DNA from: Eledone cirrhosa
Taxonomy: Eukaryota
Direction: 5' to 3'
NCBI GenBank assembly: GCA_964016885.1
Contig: OZ024741.1
Coordinates: forward strand, 58,280,001 to 58,344,000
Length of the DNA: 64,000 nucleotides
A model generated the notes under the pieces. It did no database searches and had not been told where the DNA came from. It saw nothing but the letters and a program-made list of their open reading frames with translations. Positions within the stretch are counted from its first letter, which is position 1. Each line of letters begins with the position of its first letter. The position numbers and the translations under genes are program-made. This document shows, piece by piece, positions 37,500 to 51,900 of this stretch.

Positions 37500-37830
37500 A
37501 AAGGCCCAGCCATGGAGTAATACGGCCCAGCTTGTATGGTCTCTATGACAACCTAATTCCGTTTGTATACGTCAATGGGCATGCCAACAGTGACTTATAC
37601 TTAAGAGGTGTAGAAAAGACAGCAAATTTTGAGCAGCCATTGCCTAACGATCACATACTAAGGATTTTTGGCTTGACCAAATCACGAATGAAGAGTCATG
37701 GAATGTTCCGTGCTGAGTAACACCGGGTGCCATCAATGTAAGACGGCATACTATGCTCGGTCACCTGCTATGCATGCCAACGAAGAGACAAATATGAACC
37801 TCTTTCGAGTGGGAGAGAAGTTGGCAAACA
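37500..37830 (+). mobile_element. Old degenerate RTE-like RT C-terminal fragment
   Basis: Remnants LYG.. and LGHLLCMPTKR (compare W.GH..RM...R); broken frames. Confidence 0.35.
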
Positions 37831-38228
37831 TTGTTCTGGATTAGGTACGGGTTTGAGATATAGCTTTCGACCCAAGCTGGTTGGTTAGCGAAACTATGCT
37901 AATGCTTAAAATTGATAATCTACCGCTAATCAAATATTGCCATTTCAAAAATAAACTCACATTGATCAGAGGTTAGCTTTACTCTCTGGAAACTTTTAAA
38001 AAATACCGTATTTACTCGTGTAAAAGTCGAGCTCTCACTTTTGCCCCAAATCCAAAACTTGAATGTTTTCACGTTCTTCGCAGACAACAAATAGATGAAC
38101 ATTTGTGAATCTGTGTTATCTTGAACATAAATGTTATGACGAGGTGAAAATTTGTGTAAGAGCTACGTGGCCCTGTTTTTGTAGTATGAAATGTTTCCAT
38201 ACATAGAAAGAAGCATCGGTATTATTAT

Positions 38229-38410
38229 TATCGGTAGAGGGTCGGACGCCATACTTTCCAGCATAGTTACGTCCCTTTACGATCTGAGTTCAAATCCCGC
38301 CGAGGTTGACTTTGCCTTTCATCCTTACGGGGTCGATAGAATAAAGTACCAGTAATGCACTGGATCATTGCTGGCCTTGTGCCTAAAGTAGAAACAAGTA
38401 TTATTATTGT
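38229..38410 (+). mobile_element. SINE family A
   Basis: B box and body intact. Confidence 0.9.
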
Positions 38411-39455
38411 AATTCAATTGTTTTACTTTTCTTCATTTAGAATTCATTTGGGCTTTCGTTTATCGATACGTGATTTTGTATTGTGCTGTAAATTCCAGCC
38501 TCACAAGAGTAGTGTTTGTTTAATAGTTGACCCTATAAATTTAATCTCCCTTCCCGAAAAGTCTAAAAAATTCGCTTCTTGCATGTAAATGTTTTGTTGG
38601 CTTCGGTGTGTTTACGCAGAATCTTATTAAATTTGCAACACTCCGTTTTTAACCTATTTTGTTAGTGGTGTAGGATGTCTCTACTGAACATATAGATCTT
38701 TCTTTCTATTCATACACATTTACAGCAGCTGAAAAAAAAATGAGGGGGGGGGGGCATGCACACTCAATTACATTCCACAAGTGAGGTCGCTGAAGTTTCC
38801 TTCTATCAATTTTCAGTGATCTCAAAACAATCGCGATGCTGTGGGTCATAACGGGGTTAATGCACTGAAGTAGCCACGGACCTTCGCGAGCAGGTGATAC
38901 TCGTGAGGTAAGACCAGCCGCTAACATAACAAGAAACTTCTTGTCAGCGACACAGCTCCCCTCAAACATATTGAACGTCTCAGGCTAAAACAACAATAAT
39001 AATTCGTAGTATTTCAGAATTTCCTGTTTGTCTAACGGCGGCGTCCCAAATGTGACATCTCCCTTTAACACTAAGTCGAAGTGTAAGGTAAAACCATCTT
39101 GCTATTTCCTATCGACCCTAGTCAATACGGCTAACCCGATTAACCCCATTACTCAGAAGTCACTGCTGCAAAGGTCTTAAAGTTAACTTCAGTATGTGTT
39201 TACCCGGATTCTTGTACTCTATTTTTAACTTATTTCATTGGCGTTGGATGTCGTGACTGAACAGATTTAGTTTCATATAATTTTCATCTTTCTATTTTAT
39301 AGTATCCCTCTACTCGACTTTGTTCCTTCATAACCTTCCTAATGCATATTTTTTCTTTGCAGAAAAATAATTTTTAACGTGTAAATTACGATTATATTTA
39401 TAAAATTAAGAAGCAACATTTTTGCAATTCATTGTTGTAGAAATTATACGTTCCT

Positions 39456-39800
39456 GATTGGCAGTATCGGCAGAGGGTTGGACGCCATGATTTTCAGCAT
39501 AGTTAGGTCCCTTTGCGGTCTGAGTTCAAATCCTGCTGAGGTTAACTTTGCCATTCATCCTTACGGGGTCGATAAAATAAAGTACCAGTAATGCACTGGG
39601 ATAATTGTAGAAAAGTAGAAACAGTTATTACATTCCTGATTGGCAGTATCGGTAGAGGGCTGGACGTCATGCTTTGCAGCATAGTTACAGCCCTTAAAGG
39701 TCTGAGTTGAAATCCCGCCGAGATTTAACTTTGCCTTTCATCCTTACGGGGTCGATGCACTGAGGTAATTGTTGGCTTTGTGCCAAAAGTAGAAACAATT
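39456..39800 (+). mobile_element. Tandem dimer of SINE family A (39456-39629 and 39638-39800)
   Basis: Both units start ttcctgattggcagtatcgg; each has a different internal deletion. Confidence 0.9.
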
Positions 39801-40225
39801 GTTGATTAACATAAAATTGGAAGGCACGTACGACAAACAAAATTGGGAGATTTGCAGACTTGTTAGCACTTCGGATAGAATGTTTCGCGGTATTCATCCC
39901 GACTCTCTGAGTCCCATGGATGCTAGTATCAGTCCTATACTGAGTTGATTCTTACACTTTATCACTTCTCCCACAAGCACACACCCTTACTATCTCTTCG
40001 CCATAACTTGTTACAGCGTGAAAAAAAAAAAAAAAAGACTACAGGTATGTATGTTTGAGATTCAATATAACAGGTGTTAATAACAATCATAAGTATCCCT
40101 ATGGTATTTTAGGCTGTGATAATGTCACAATTACTTTAATAACCCTGTGAGAACGCTAACGCTGGTGTTTGTTTTTTATCCATCTCCAGTGACGTTTACT
40201 CACTGGGTACAGAGGGTTAGTTGCG

Positions 40226-40311
<86 letters not shown>

Positions 40312-40968
40312 TGACCTTAGAGAGATGTCTTAATGAAGACTGCCTAGGAGTCTCTCGCTCCACGCACACACAGAATATATATATATAAATTTGAGCGACT
40401 TCCGTCCGTCACACACTAGAATTGACAGAGGAAGGGGTGTGTGATGACGTCACGCGCTAGAGATGATTGATGAAGGGAGGAGTAATGGCAAAGTACAGAA
40501 AACTGTCTAACATGAATGTGTTTGCGCATAATCATACACGCGTCGGCGTGTTGAGAACAATTCAGTTCTAACTTTTGGATAAATGCATTCGATGTTCAGA
40601 GAATGGGATTCCAAAGCCTTTTCTTACTTAAAAAAGCTTCAAGCACAGGCATCGCTTGATATGACATATTTTTGCGTGCATGGTATTGCTGGCTATAGGC
40701 AAGTCCCTAGCAGGACTAAAAAGCCACGTCCGTGATGCTGATGCTTAAGTATCAAGCGATGGCAATACTCGAAATCGAGCTGCAGCCATCATATATATAT
40801 ATATATATATATTAATAAAAAGAATTCCAACTTTGTCTGATTTACTCGTTTTATTTACAATCCTTTAAAATTATAATGGTATTAGAATGAAATAGTATGG
40901 TAGAATATTAAATGTTAAGTGTGAATTGAACAAGTACTTCATGCTTTCGCAATCATATTCTGTGGCGA

Positions 40969-41013
40969 CAGTCAAGTTTGCAATTTTCAAGCTGAAAATT
41001 GCAAACTTGACTG
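40969..41013. repeat. Perfect 21-bp inverted repeat with 3-nt loop
   Basis: cagtcaagtttgcaattttca-agc-tgaaaattgcaaacttgactg. Confidence 0.95.
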
Positions 41014-41063
41014 CAAGAAAAAACTAGGTGTGCACACGTTAAAATGTGTGTGTATATATATAG

Positions 41064-41168
41064 ATAAGCAAAAGGGATATTCAATTTGTTGGTAATTCAA
41101 CAAATATAGATGTTTATAACTGATTCAAAGCACTCGACAGCTTTTCTGGAGTATAATATTTAATATCA
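41064..41168 (+). mobile_element. Diverged PLE pLTR terminal fragment
   Basis: gcaaaag..ttgttgg..tataactgattcaaagcactcgaca..tggagta matches 3344-3435. Confidence 0.65.
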
Positions 41169-41169
41169 T

Positions 41170-41213
<44 letters not shown>

Positions 41214-41220
<7 letters not shown>

Positions 41221-41412
41221 TGAAATGTAAGCTATCGCCGTATTTTGACTAAAGAAATTATTTAGCCTGATAGTGGGGTTAAGAACCCCCGGAGAAATGG
41301 AAAAAGATGAGTATTGACGTACGTCAATACTCATCTTTTTCCATTTCTCCGAGGGTTCTTAATCCCATTTTCTTTAGTAAAAAATACGGCGATAGCTTAC
41401 ATTTCTAATAAT
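41214..41412. mobile_element. Foldback/MITE-like near-perfect palindrome, ~200 bp
   Basis: gaaatgtaagctatcgccgtattt..ggagaaatggaaaaagatgagtattgacgt|acgtcaatactcatctttttccatttctcc..aaatacggcgatagcttacatttc. Lies between TA tracts. Confidence 0.85.
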
Positions 41413-41448
41413 TTTAAACCAACTGGATGTTTCGAAAATATTCTTACT

Positions 41449-41500
<52 letters not shown>

Positions 41501-44500
41501 GTAGGTCGTATGTGAACGGCCTGTGTCAGAAAAAGGGCTGGCGCCACAAAGTGGAATGACTAATCACCAGTGACCCCTTTTACACTATTCCCCTATCTAA
41601 TTTAAAAGGCTTACTCTATGCAAGTAGAGAAAAGAACGGATACGGTTGTGAATGAGAGAAAGAAAGGTGAACGTGCGTGAAATAGAGTAGATGTATATAT
41701 ATAATTATATAGCCTAAAAGAAGACATGACAAGTAAGGCCGGTTTAGAAAGAGAGTATTCATTTGAAGTAAAATAAGTAATGCTTAAAACAGAGCATAAT
41801 AGACACTGGCGTGAAAGATAGAAAGAAAATGAAAGGAAAAAAAACTAAAAAGAAAATGTGATCTGGCTATGTCCTGTCTCGCATTCCATCCATACACCAG
41901 CTAAGATCTAAAATACATTGGTCTTTATTTAGAAACGCACGTGGAGATCGGCGCTTGCTTCTTCGACCTCCCTCCCACTTTCCGTCCACTAAACTTTCTC
42001 TTATCTAAACATTACGCACCTCTTCTACTACGTCAATTGATAAAACTTTCTTACCAAGAAAGAACAGTTTTTTTTTTTTTCGCTAGCTTTAAATGTAACC
42101 TGTGAAGGTGACGGTTTGGCTCACGATTATAAAGTTGTGAGTTCGGTATCCGGACCAGGCAACACGTTGTGTCCATGTCTAACAGTATTGCCTCAGTCTA
42201 GTTATGATTATATTCATATATATATAATATATATATATAATATATGTGTGTGTGTGGTATACTAAACCTTTACTTAACATATTTCGAAAATAAAACCTGT
42301 CTATTGTTTTCGAATAATTTTTGTAAGTATTTTGAAAGTATTTGGAGAAATTTAGTCGTATAATTTTCTCATTATTAAGCTGGTGTTAAGAATAAAGTTT
42401 CTTACATAAAACTATAGTAGGTTTTTGGAGAAATATTAACACTTTAAATTTGTATTGTAGAAACAGAGGTAGTTTCATATGGTACAAAACAGAATAAGAG
42501 AATACCTACTGGGTAATACCCCCCCCCCCCCCCTCCTACTAACTATAAAAAGTTATAGTCCTATGCCAAACTACCCACTACTACTATTAGAATTAACATA
42601 TCTTTTGTGAACTTTTATATACAATTAAAAAATCTTTTATCATTTTAAAATTAAACATCTGGTCTATTAAAAAATCATGGAGGTGAAGGAAGGTCTGTTG
42701 GTGGGGGCTGAATACTTTTGTTGCTGTTAATATTCACATTGATAAACCTGAAAAATAGGTTATCAGATATTGTACTGTCCTTAGTTGTGGAAACCGAGCC
42801 CCACCCATTGGCTTTTTTTAGGCAAGCAAGGTGTTTGTTTTCCATGTTCAGAACGATAATGGAAAACAAATAACTAGTTTGCTTTCAAAGCTTTTTTCTT
42901 GTCATATCTTCAATGTTATTTTTTTCATTTTTTTCTTTTACTGGTTTTAATCCGACTACAGGCATGCTGGGGCACCCACCTTAAAGGGATTTAGTCAAAT
43001 CATATCCACTCCCAGGTCTTGTTTTATCAATCTTTTTTTTTTTTTTGCGGCGTTAGAACAGGTATCCAACTGAAGAAAACTGACAGTTGTGTCGAAGGTA
43101 TCTTACTGCTGGTGCCATAACATGCACCTAGTTCACTCTGTAAAAGAAAGAAACTATGCTAAAGAAAGAGTTGAGGACTCATCACTTGTATTGAGGACAC
43201 ATTTAATGCTGCAGCCATAATAAAATTCACTCAGTATACTCTGTAAAAGTGTTGATGTTGGGAAGAAACCATACCAAAGCTGGAATGTATGTGAGACTGA
43301 TAATTCTGAAGCTACAGCTGTTTGTAAGGTGTATGTTTTAAAGTGTTTATATTTATCTAAAAATCATAATTTTATGTGAAAACTTTTGTCATGTGTTCCA
43401 AACACTAGTTTAATAGTGAGAAAGTTAGTTATGCTAAATGTCTGCAAATGCTTGATTATTTTCAAAATGATTTGAAAATCATGGACAGTGTCTTTCATTA
43501 GTAACAAAAAAGGTTAAAACAAAAGTGTATGAACATAAACTGCAGTTTTTATATAAAAGTTATTAAAGAATAGCATAAAATTATGTCCTATACAGGTTAT
43601 ATAATTAGTTTCATTAGCAATTCATCATTAAATCACACACCATGGATAGCTTTTTGATTGCCATTCAAGACAATTATGTAACAAATTATTTGAGTTAAAC
43701 CTTTTTAGATTTAACTCTGTTAGCTAATGATTTAAGATAAATTAATGGTAATTGCAAAACCTAATGAGCTAACATTCAACTTAATTGTTTGTACAGCTTT
43801 TTACTTGTCAATAAAATGTGCAAAGACAAAAAGAATAAAATTAGAATAAATGGAACAAACAAATTTCACCGAAAAATCGTTTGTCTGATGATATTCTAAT
43901 GAATTAGAGAATTATCGCTAGCAGCAAAATAATTTTGGTCAAGATTCTTCAAATAAATTTAATGAAATAATCCCAGCAGGTTTTAGATTAAACTAATGAA
44001 GAACATGATGAGAACCATATGTTAGAATATAAAATGATGCAACTAAATCACTGCAACTATTTTTAGAATAATTAAGACTTTTTATCTCAATGAACAAAAA
44101 TAAAATTTTTTTCTATTCTGAACCATCTATTTGGTGGGTTTTTTCATGTATCATTTTAGCTATTAAAATTGGTGATTCTGTTTTATAGAAACAGAGCTGG
44201 TTTTGACCAAGCTGGTATCAAAAGGGTTATTCCCAGTATTTGGCATTTGACTGGTATCATATTTTATTGATCTTGGTCTGGAAAGATGAAAGAAAAGCTA
44301 AGTTGACCTTAGTTGGATTGAAAACTCAGAACTTAAAAGACTGTAACTAAATTTTACTGCAAGGCATTTTTTTAAATTGACACGATTTCAGAAATGACTG
44401 CAGCAGTAGTGCAGTACCATTTAAAGATAGTTATGTTGTTATAAAAAAGAAAAAAAGCTGAATCTTTATCAACAATGAACTTCAGATAGAATGAAATAAA

Positions 44501-45379
44501 AAGCCAGGAAAATTTCAGAATACGATCAATAAGGGTGATCAAATGTGACAAATATACAACCATTTTAGGTATGTTAAACTACTTAACGATTCATTTAACA
44601 CAAAGTATCCTGTTGTTTTCATTTAAAATCATACCCCTTGTTAAAATAATATACATCACACACATTCATGTGTGTGTATGTAGAACAGCTTTGCTTTTTT
44701 TTTTTTTTTTTTTTTTTTCCATTATGCTAGAAATGATTGTTTCTTTAAATGGTATTTAAACCCTTTTATTACCATATTTCTAATGAACAACACTGCCTCT
44801 GATTTTCAAATCATTTTGAAAAGCATCAAGAATTTGGAAGGATTTTAGTAATGTAACTAAATTTCTTAAACATCACTTAACAAAGGTTATAATTGAAGGC
44901 TTTTAGATAAATATAAATATTGTAAAACAGTTTTGTATCATAGAACCAAGGGTGGTCTGGTATGAAAAAAGTAAAACATAAAGTACCTTGCTGTTGTTTC
45001 ATTAAAAATAAATCCTTCCCCACATTAGTATATAAAAATGAAGGCAATTTTTCCCATCAGGTAGCTTATATACCCTGTTAATAGACTGTTTTCTGTATGA
45101 AAAAAGAAAGACAAATTTCTAATTCAATTTTCAAACTTTACCTACAATGGTAAGTAAATATTGTGGTAACTGAAAAGTTATACCGATGTAAGTTCACAAT
45201 TAGCAAGATCAGACAAATCATCACTGATATAATCCAGGAAGGTAGTTAAGAATCAAACTTCATTTAAGTAAATTATGTAATGGAGCTCAAGCAAGGTCTG
45301 TAACTTTTGTTTAGAATGTCATTTTATTTTTGTAGAAACATGTTGGGATAATAAAATGACTTAACCTTTGCCTTTTTGC

Positions 45380-45438
<59 letters not shown>

Positions 45439-45862
45439 TATATATAATCACCATTTAATGTTTTTCTTGCTAGCACAGGTCAGACAGGCCGTTATAGCCC
45501 ATAATCAGTACAATTAGAGCTGACTTCTAGTTGGGTCGGGGAGGGGGATATCTTGGTTACATATGTTCCCACACACCTTCAGAGAGTGCACCTGGTGCAT
45601 TTTATTGTGACACAGGTACTAGGGAGGTTGTCATGTTTTTGAGACAGCTAAACACTTAAGTGTATTCCATAGGTAATGTGGTAACAAAAAAGTTAAGTGA
45701 TATGAAAAAATATTTTACATTGTCTCTAAATAGAAAATGACATTTCTCTGACATGTCCACATTTATCTGGAATGTGTGTGTGTTATTAAGAAAAAATTGA
45801 TAAGATATATCCTTCTTTTCTAGCATTTCTACCTGTTAGTATTTAAAGTCATAGACTGATAA

Positions 45863-48220
45863 TTAGCGACCTCATAGTCAGGACGAGACGTACTCGACAG
45901 CAGAAGAGGACTATCCTCAGGAGAAAAATATAGAAGCTAAAGGACCCCACAGCCAGAAATAAATTTCAAAGCATATTACTTGATGCTTTCGACAGTAAGG
46001 AAGAACATTTAGAGTCGGACAATATAGAGGGACAGTGGGAATTTCTGAAAGCAAACCTGCTGATGGCGACAGACGAAGTCTGTGGCTGGAGCAGGCCTGT
46101 AGGCAGGAGGAGAGTAACATGGTGGTGGAACAGTAAGGTGGAGGGGTCAATTAAGGCCAAAAAGCAGGCTTGGAAAGTATGGCGGGATGGGGGAAGTAGA
46201 GAAGACTATCAAGTGGCCAGGAGGGAAGCTAGGAGACAAGTGTACTTAGCAAGAAGGGAAGCTGAGGAAAGAAAGTTCAAGCATGTTCTACAACGCGAGG
46301 ACCAAAAACGTGAGGTGTTCAGGATTGCTAGGCAATGCGTCAAGGAAAACCGTGATATTGTCGGGGAGAAGTGTGTACTTAACGATGATGGCATACTTGC
46401 CATCACCGACGCTGATAAGAAGGTAGCTTGGAAGTGTCACTATGAAAGGCTACTAAATGAGGAGAATAAATGGGAGAAAGACAGTCTCCCCCATATCGAC
46501 CCAATAGAGGGACCAGCAGTGTTAGTCGAGGGGAGTATAGTAAGTAAGGCAATGAAGACGGGTAAGGCGGCTGGGCCTTCGGAAATAGTTGCTGAGATGC
46601 TGAAGGCATCTGGCACGGTGGGACACACCATGGTCACCCGCATAGTTAACCAAGTCGTACAGAATGGGGTTGTTCCGAAGGACTGGCATAGCAGCATCAT
46701 CGTTAACTGTTATAAGGGTAAAGGAGATGCCCTAGATAGGAGTAACTATAGAGGCATTAAATTAATTGACCAGGTCATGAAGGTCACGGAAAAAGTAATA
46801 GCACAACTAATCAGAGAGAGAATTGACCTAGATGAAATGCAGTTCGGGTTTGTGTCAGGCAAAAGTACCACAGACGCTCTTTTCATTGTACGACAACTAC
46901 AGGAGAAGTACCTAGCTAAAGGTAAACCCCTCTACTTAGCTTTTGTCGACTTGGACAAAGCCTTCGACAGTCCCCCGCTCCATTATCTGGTGGGCTCTTA
47001 GAAAACTAGGCGTTGACGAATGGCTTGTGAGTGCTATACAAGCCATGTATAAAGAAACAGTCAGCAAGGTTAGAATTAACAACGAATATAGTGAAGAGTT
47101 TAGCGTAAAAGTTGGCGTCCATCAGGGCTCTGTTCTCAGCCCCCTACTATTTATTATTGCCCTTCAGGCTATAACAGAGGAGTTCAAGACCGGCTGCCCA
47201 TGGGAACTCCTATACGCAGATGACCGGACACTCATAGCGGAATCAATGGCCGAGCTAGAGAAGAAATTCCAAACATGGAAGCACGGCCTAGAATCAAAAG
47301 GACTTAAAATTAACCTGGCTAAGACTAAAGTTCTAGTTTGTAGGAAAGAAAATAAGGCGGCGGTCCCTTCTGGGAAATGGTCGTGCTCGGTGTGTAGGAA
47401 AGGCGTAGGTAGAAACTCCATTTTATGTCCTAAATGCAAAGTATGGGTGCATAAAAGATGTAGTGGGATCACAGGTAAGCTAACTAAGAACATAGATTTT
47501 ACATGTGGCCGGTGCTCTGGTCCAATAAGTAGCAGCAAGTGCCCACAAAATACTAGCTCTTTCAATTGCGCAGAGGGTTCTATAGAAATAGTGGACAGCT
47601 TCCGTTACCTGGGTGATAAAATCAGCAGTGGGGGAGGGTGCTCTGAAAGTACAGTAGCTAGAGTCAGAACTGGTTGGAAAAAGTTCAGAGAGCTTATACC
47701 ACTATTAGCTGCTAAAGGGTTCTCCCTAAAAATGAAAGGCAGGTTGTACGATGCCTGCATCCGAACAGCAATGTTGCATGGCAGTGAGACCTGGGCATTG
47801 TGTGCAGAGGATATATGCAGACTAGAGAGGAACGAAGCTTGCATGCTCCGCTGGATGTGTAACAGTAATATACGTGAACGGCAAAGCATAAACGAACTAA
47901 GGAAAAAATTAGAAATAAGAGGGATCAGATGTTGTTTACTCGAGAGAAGGCTATGTTGGTATGGACACGTGATGCGCATGAAAGTCGATAGCTGTATAAC
48001 AAAGTGCAGGGCAATAAAGATAGACGGTAGCCATGGAATAGGCAGACCTAGAAAAACCTGGGACGAGCTGATAAACTCCGACCTCACACACTTACACCTC
48101 TCCAAGACAATGTCACTGGACCGAGACCTTTGGCAGTACTCAGTAACAGAGAAGACCCGCCTTACCTAAATACATAGTAAAACCTACTACAGCCAGTAGG
48201 CATCTCTAACAAAATACCCC
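45863..48220 (+). mobile_element. RTE LINE copy 2, the longest (EN-RT linker plus RT; ORFs 46063-47001 and 46943-48169 joined across a 2-bp deletion)
   Basis: TWWWN, MKTGKAAGP, YKGKGD..NYRGIKL, QFGFV.GKSTTDA, FVDL.KAFD, YADD, PHD finger. Highly similar to copy 1; gacag(ag)tcc deletion at about 46970; 3'UTR truncated. Confidence 0.95.
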
Positions 48221-48499
48221 AATCTTTTTGAAAATAATGGATGGATTTAGTAATATAACTTACTTATTGAGATAGAAAAGTGTTTCCATAAAATTATGGT
48301 GGAAGTTCTATTTAAAAACAAATAGTGAAGGTGTGTGGCCTCATGGTTAAGGGTGTTAGATTTACAATCATAAGATCATGGGTTCAATTCTTGACCCAGC
48401 AGCATGTGTTCACGTTTTATGATAGGACTGGGGCACTATCCTTAAAACACCCACAAAACTTCCTAAGATACCTCATAGAGGGGAAGCTGAATGATCCTC

Positions 48500-48900
48500 A
48501 TTCATATACATATGCCCACACCAGTGCAGTCTTCTTTCTCTCTTGCATACTACATCTGATTTTTCTTATAGTCAGCTTTTCTCTCAGTTCATCCAGACCT
48601 GATCAGTTATACATACATCAATGCTCACCATCCTTTGCATACCTTCTGCATTTATTGCCCATGTTTCACTTCCCTGCAATATTGCAATTCATATAGCTGG
48701 CATTTTGTTCGTATGTCTACGGTATCTTACTGGGATTAATGGTGTTCTTACTAAGTCTGAGCATCTGCCACATTCAAAGTTTACCTTTTCTGTTAGCCTA
48801 CCTGCTATCCCACTACATTTTTTGTGTACATCATATAGAATCCCTACCTATTCCTTTTATTCATGGTCATTTCCTTACACACAAGTTACTGCATTTTCTC
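48500..48900 (-). mobile_element. Older degenerate copy of the PHD-RTE family
   Basis: Reverse complement resembles the LHGSETW..LRWM..LREKL.IR.IRC region and the PHD segment. Confidence 0.7.
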
Positions 48901-51900
48901 AATGCCTCATGCCAGGATACAAGGGTTGTCTTGAAAAGTTCATAGGCTGACCAAGATACTCTCATGGAATGACAAAATGAGATTTATTTTCCAACATAGT
49001 CTCTGGAAAGAAACAATGCATTTATTAAGAGTTGAAATTAATGCATGTAAGATTTCAGAGTTTTAGAATGACTCCTTCATAGTCAGCTGACCCTCATACA
49101 TAAGTTGTCTGGAAAAAATTTTTAACCTCGATTAACTGAGACATTTTATTGATAATTATTATTTTGAGAATTGGTAACAAGCTGTAGAATTTTAAAATAA
49201 AAAAAAAAGTAACAGGGTTATTTGTTGTTACAGAAAGGTCTGGGTAGTATATAATGAATATAATTATAACATTAGCATTTATTCCAAGATAAATTGATGT
49301 TGAATTTTATTTTATATAAGTATACATTTTATGGCTTGCCAAGCTGAATTATTTTTAATATATAAGGAATAATGTTCTGCTGAGAAAGTCAAAGTAGTGT
49401 TTAGAAGTTTTTTTTTTTTGCTTTATTTTAGTCAAACTATTAATTTTAATTTTTTTTTTTTTACTTTTTTCAGGATTAAAGGTAATTTACAGATATATAA
49501 ACACACACACTTATTTGAAATGTAGCTGTCCCAACGTAAATGACTATAATAGTTGAGAAAAATGTTTAAAGTACATATGCAGGGTGTCTGTCTCTACTTT
49601 TTTTGTTTCCAGAGATATTTTATCCAATTTTCTCAACTTTTTCAAATTAATAATGGAAATCAGCTCTTAGCACCCTCTACACTGGGATGATATTTCAAAT
49701 TTCCCAATCTAAGTCAACTGGATATACTACATACACGCACACATACATACATAATCATCCTTATCATTTAACAGGTTTTCCCTGATAAGCATTGGATACA
49801 TTGCCACAGGTAAATCAAGTGCTTAGCCAGAACCACTGACCTCTATAGATTATACTGGATGTGTTTTATTGTGGTTCCAGCACTCTGAGTTGACGAGTCC
49901 TCTCGACCCTTTGTTTCGCAGTTTTCTATGGCTAGATACCCTTCTTATCACTAAGTATATTAGAGAGTGTACAGGGTGCATTTTTGTTGTGCTTTGACTG
50001 AAGGGTCTTCTCAAGCATTTTTAGCAATGGTTTCTATGAGTTAAAGCCATTCCTAACACCAACCACTTTACGGAGTATACTAAGTCCATTTTATGATGGC
50101 ACCAACACTAGGGAGGTGGGGGGGGGGGATGATGAATTGTCCCAAATGAGCCATGTTTGAGGGGGAGTAGGATAGTGGCAGTAAGAAAGATGATAGGCAT
50201 AATGTCATGGGTATGCGACAATATATAGGGGGAAGGATGACAAATATGTTGTGGGTGTATAACAGGTGTGCTGGGGTTTATATACACAAACACATACATT
50301 TCATATTATTTTTAGTTCTCATACAAAGAAATGGCCATGAACTTGCAACTTTTTAAAATATATTAAATCCGATTTTAGATAATTTGCTATAAATATGAAA
50401 ATAATTTGAAATATATCTGAGATTTTAAATGTCAAACGGTTCATTTAATAACTGATTAGAAATTAAAAACAAAAATGTATTATTATTTATTTTTTTAATT
50501 TTTCAGAATTTATTGAAATAGCTATGTAGTTAGTAGTGGCTATTTGAAGCAAACAGAATATTGGGTATTTTCTGAAAATGTCCCTGACAACAAACAACTG
50601 GTTAGATAATTAGTAGAAACAACTATATTTTTGTTACCTTAAACCATTGATCAATATCTAATTAGCTTTGCTTTGCTTCAGCCTGATTGATTGGATGTTG
50701 TGGTGGTTGCTTCACACCACTTCATAACTATAAACAATACAACCGACTCTATGAATATTGATTTTAATGTCTTTTTACAAGTTTTAATTGAACAGATTCT
50801 CTAAAATGACTACAAGCAATTTTATGTTAAAAAGTAAAAAATAATGGAATGTTGTCTCGAAAGAAATATGTAGTACAATTTGCACACGTAACATTACATT
50901 AACATTGATTTAAAAAAAAAATTATATTTTATATTTTCATCTCCATTTTTTAAAAACAATTTATTATTGCTATAAGCTGGATTATATTCTCTAGGCTAAT
51001 CTAGGCGCTTTGCCCTGGACATGTGATAGTATACGTTTAGCTTTTCAAACAAGGTCACAAAGTAAAACTATAGATAACATTAACTGTTTTGTTAACACAT
51101 TTCCCTTGAGAGACATTGTGTATCATTTTGAAATTTATCAAAAATTTGGAGGGATTTAGTAATTTAACCAACTTATCTGGTGTTCTGAACCTAAGTTCCA
51201 TTGTGATGGAAGATTTTTAGATAAATATAAACATTTTAAAACAAACAACTTATCATGTATAGAAAGGTGTGGTTTGATATTTAAACAGTTAAGTCAGGTG
51301 TAGCCTTCCAGCTAAGGTCATAGAGTAAAGATATGATGAATTACACATGTTTAAATCAGGCTCCTTACAAACCCAGAAAATTTAGTATCCTGAGGGCATC
51401 ATTATAATTAGCTAATTAGATTAGAGCTGTTAAATAAATAAGTATATAGGTACAGGCATGGCTATTTGGTGAAAGAGTTCACTTTGCAACTTCGTGATTT
51501 AGAGTTCAGTCTGATTGCTTGGCATGTTGGTCATGTTTATATTCTTAGATTAGCCAACATAGCTTATGAGTGAAATTTGATAGAAGGAAAGTGTGTGGAA
51601 GCCCTTTGTATGTATGAAGATGAATCGGTTGCTAGTCATCCCAAACTATGTTAGGCCATCGGCTTTTTCCATTGGTTTTGTCTAAAAATCGTGTGTGGTT
51701 CTGTGAAAGTCACATCCACTATAATCAAATTCACGCACAGGAACTTTTTAGACCCTGAACGGATAAGACATTTCATTCAAAAGACCTGTGGTGATGGAGA
51801 GAGCTGTTGCATACAGGCCTAACAAGTTGGAAGTACATAGTAGCAAACCCACAATGTAGGCAACTTGGGATATTGCTCATTTTCTCTCCAAATGTAACCA

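Noticed and set aside
40730-40790. Hammerhead-like ctgatgc..gaaatcga
   Set aside because: Core is CUGAUGC rather than CUGANGA, and there is no NUH triplet.
48918-49100. Mariner-like MITE ends (tacaaggg / ccctcata)
   Set aside because: TIR match too short and degenerate to list as a supported feature.
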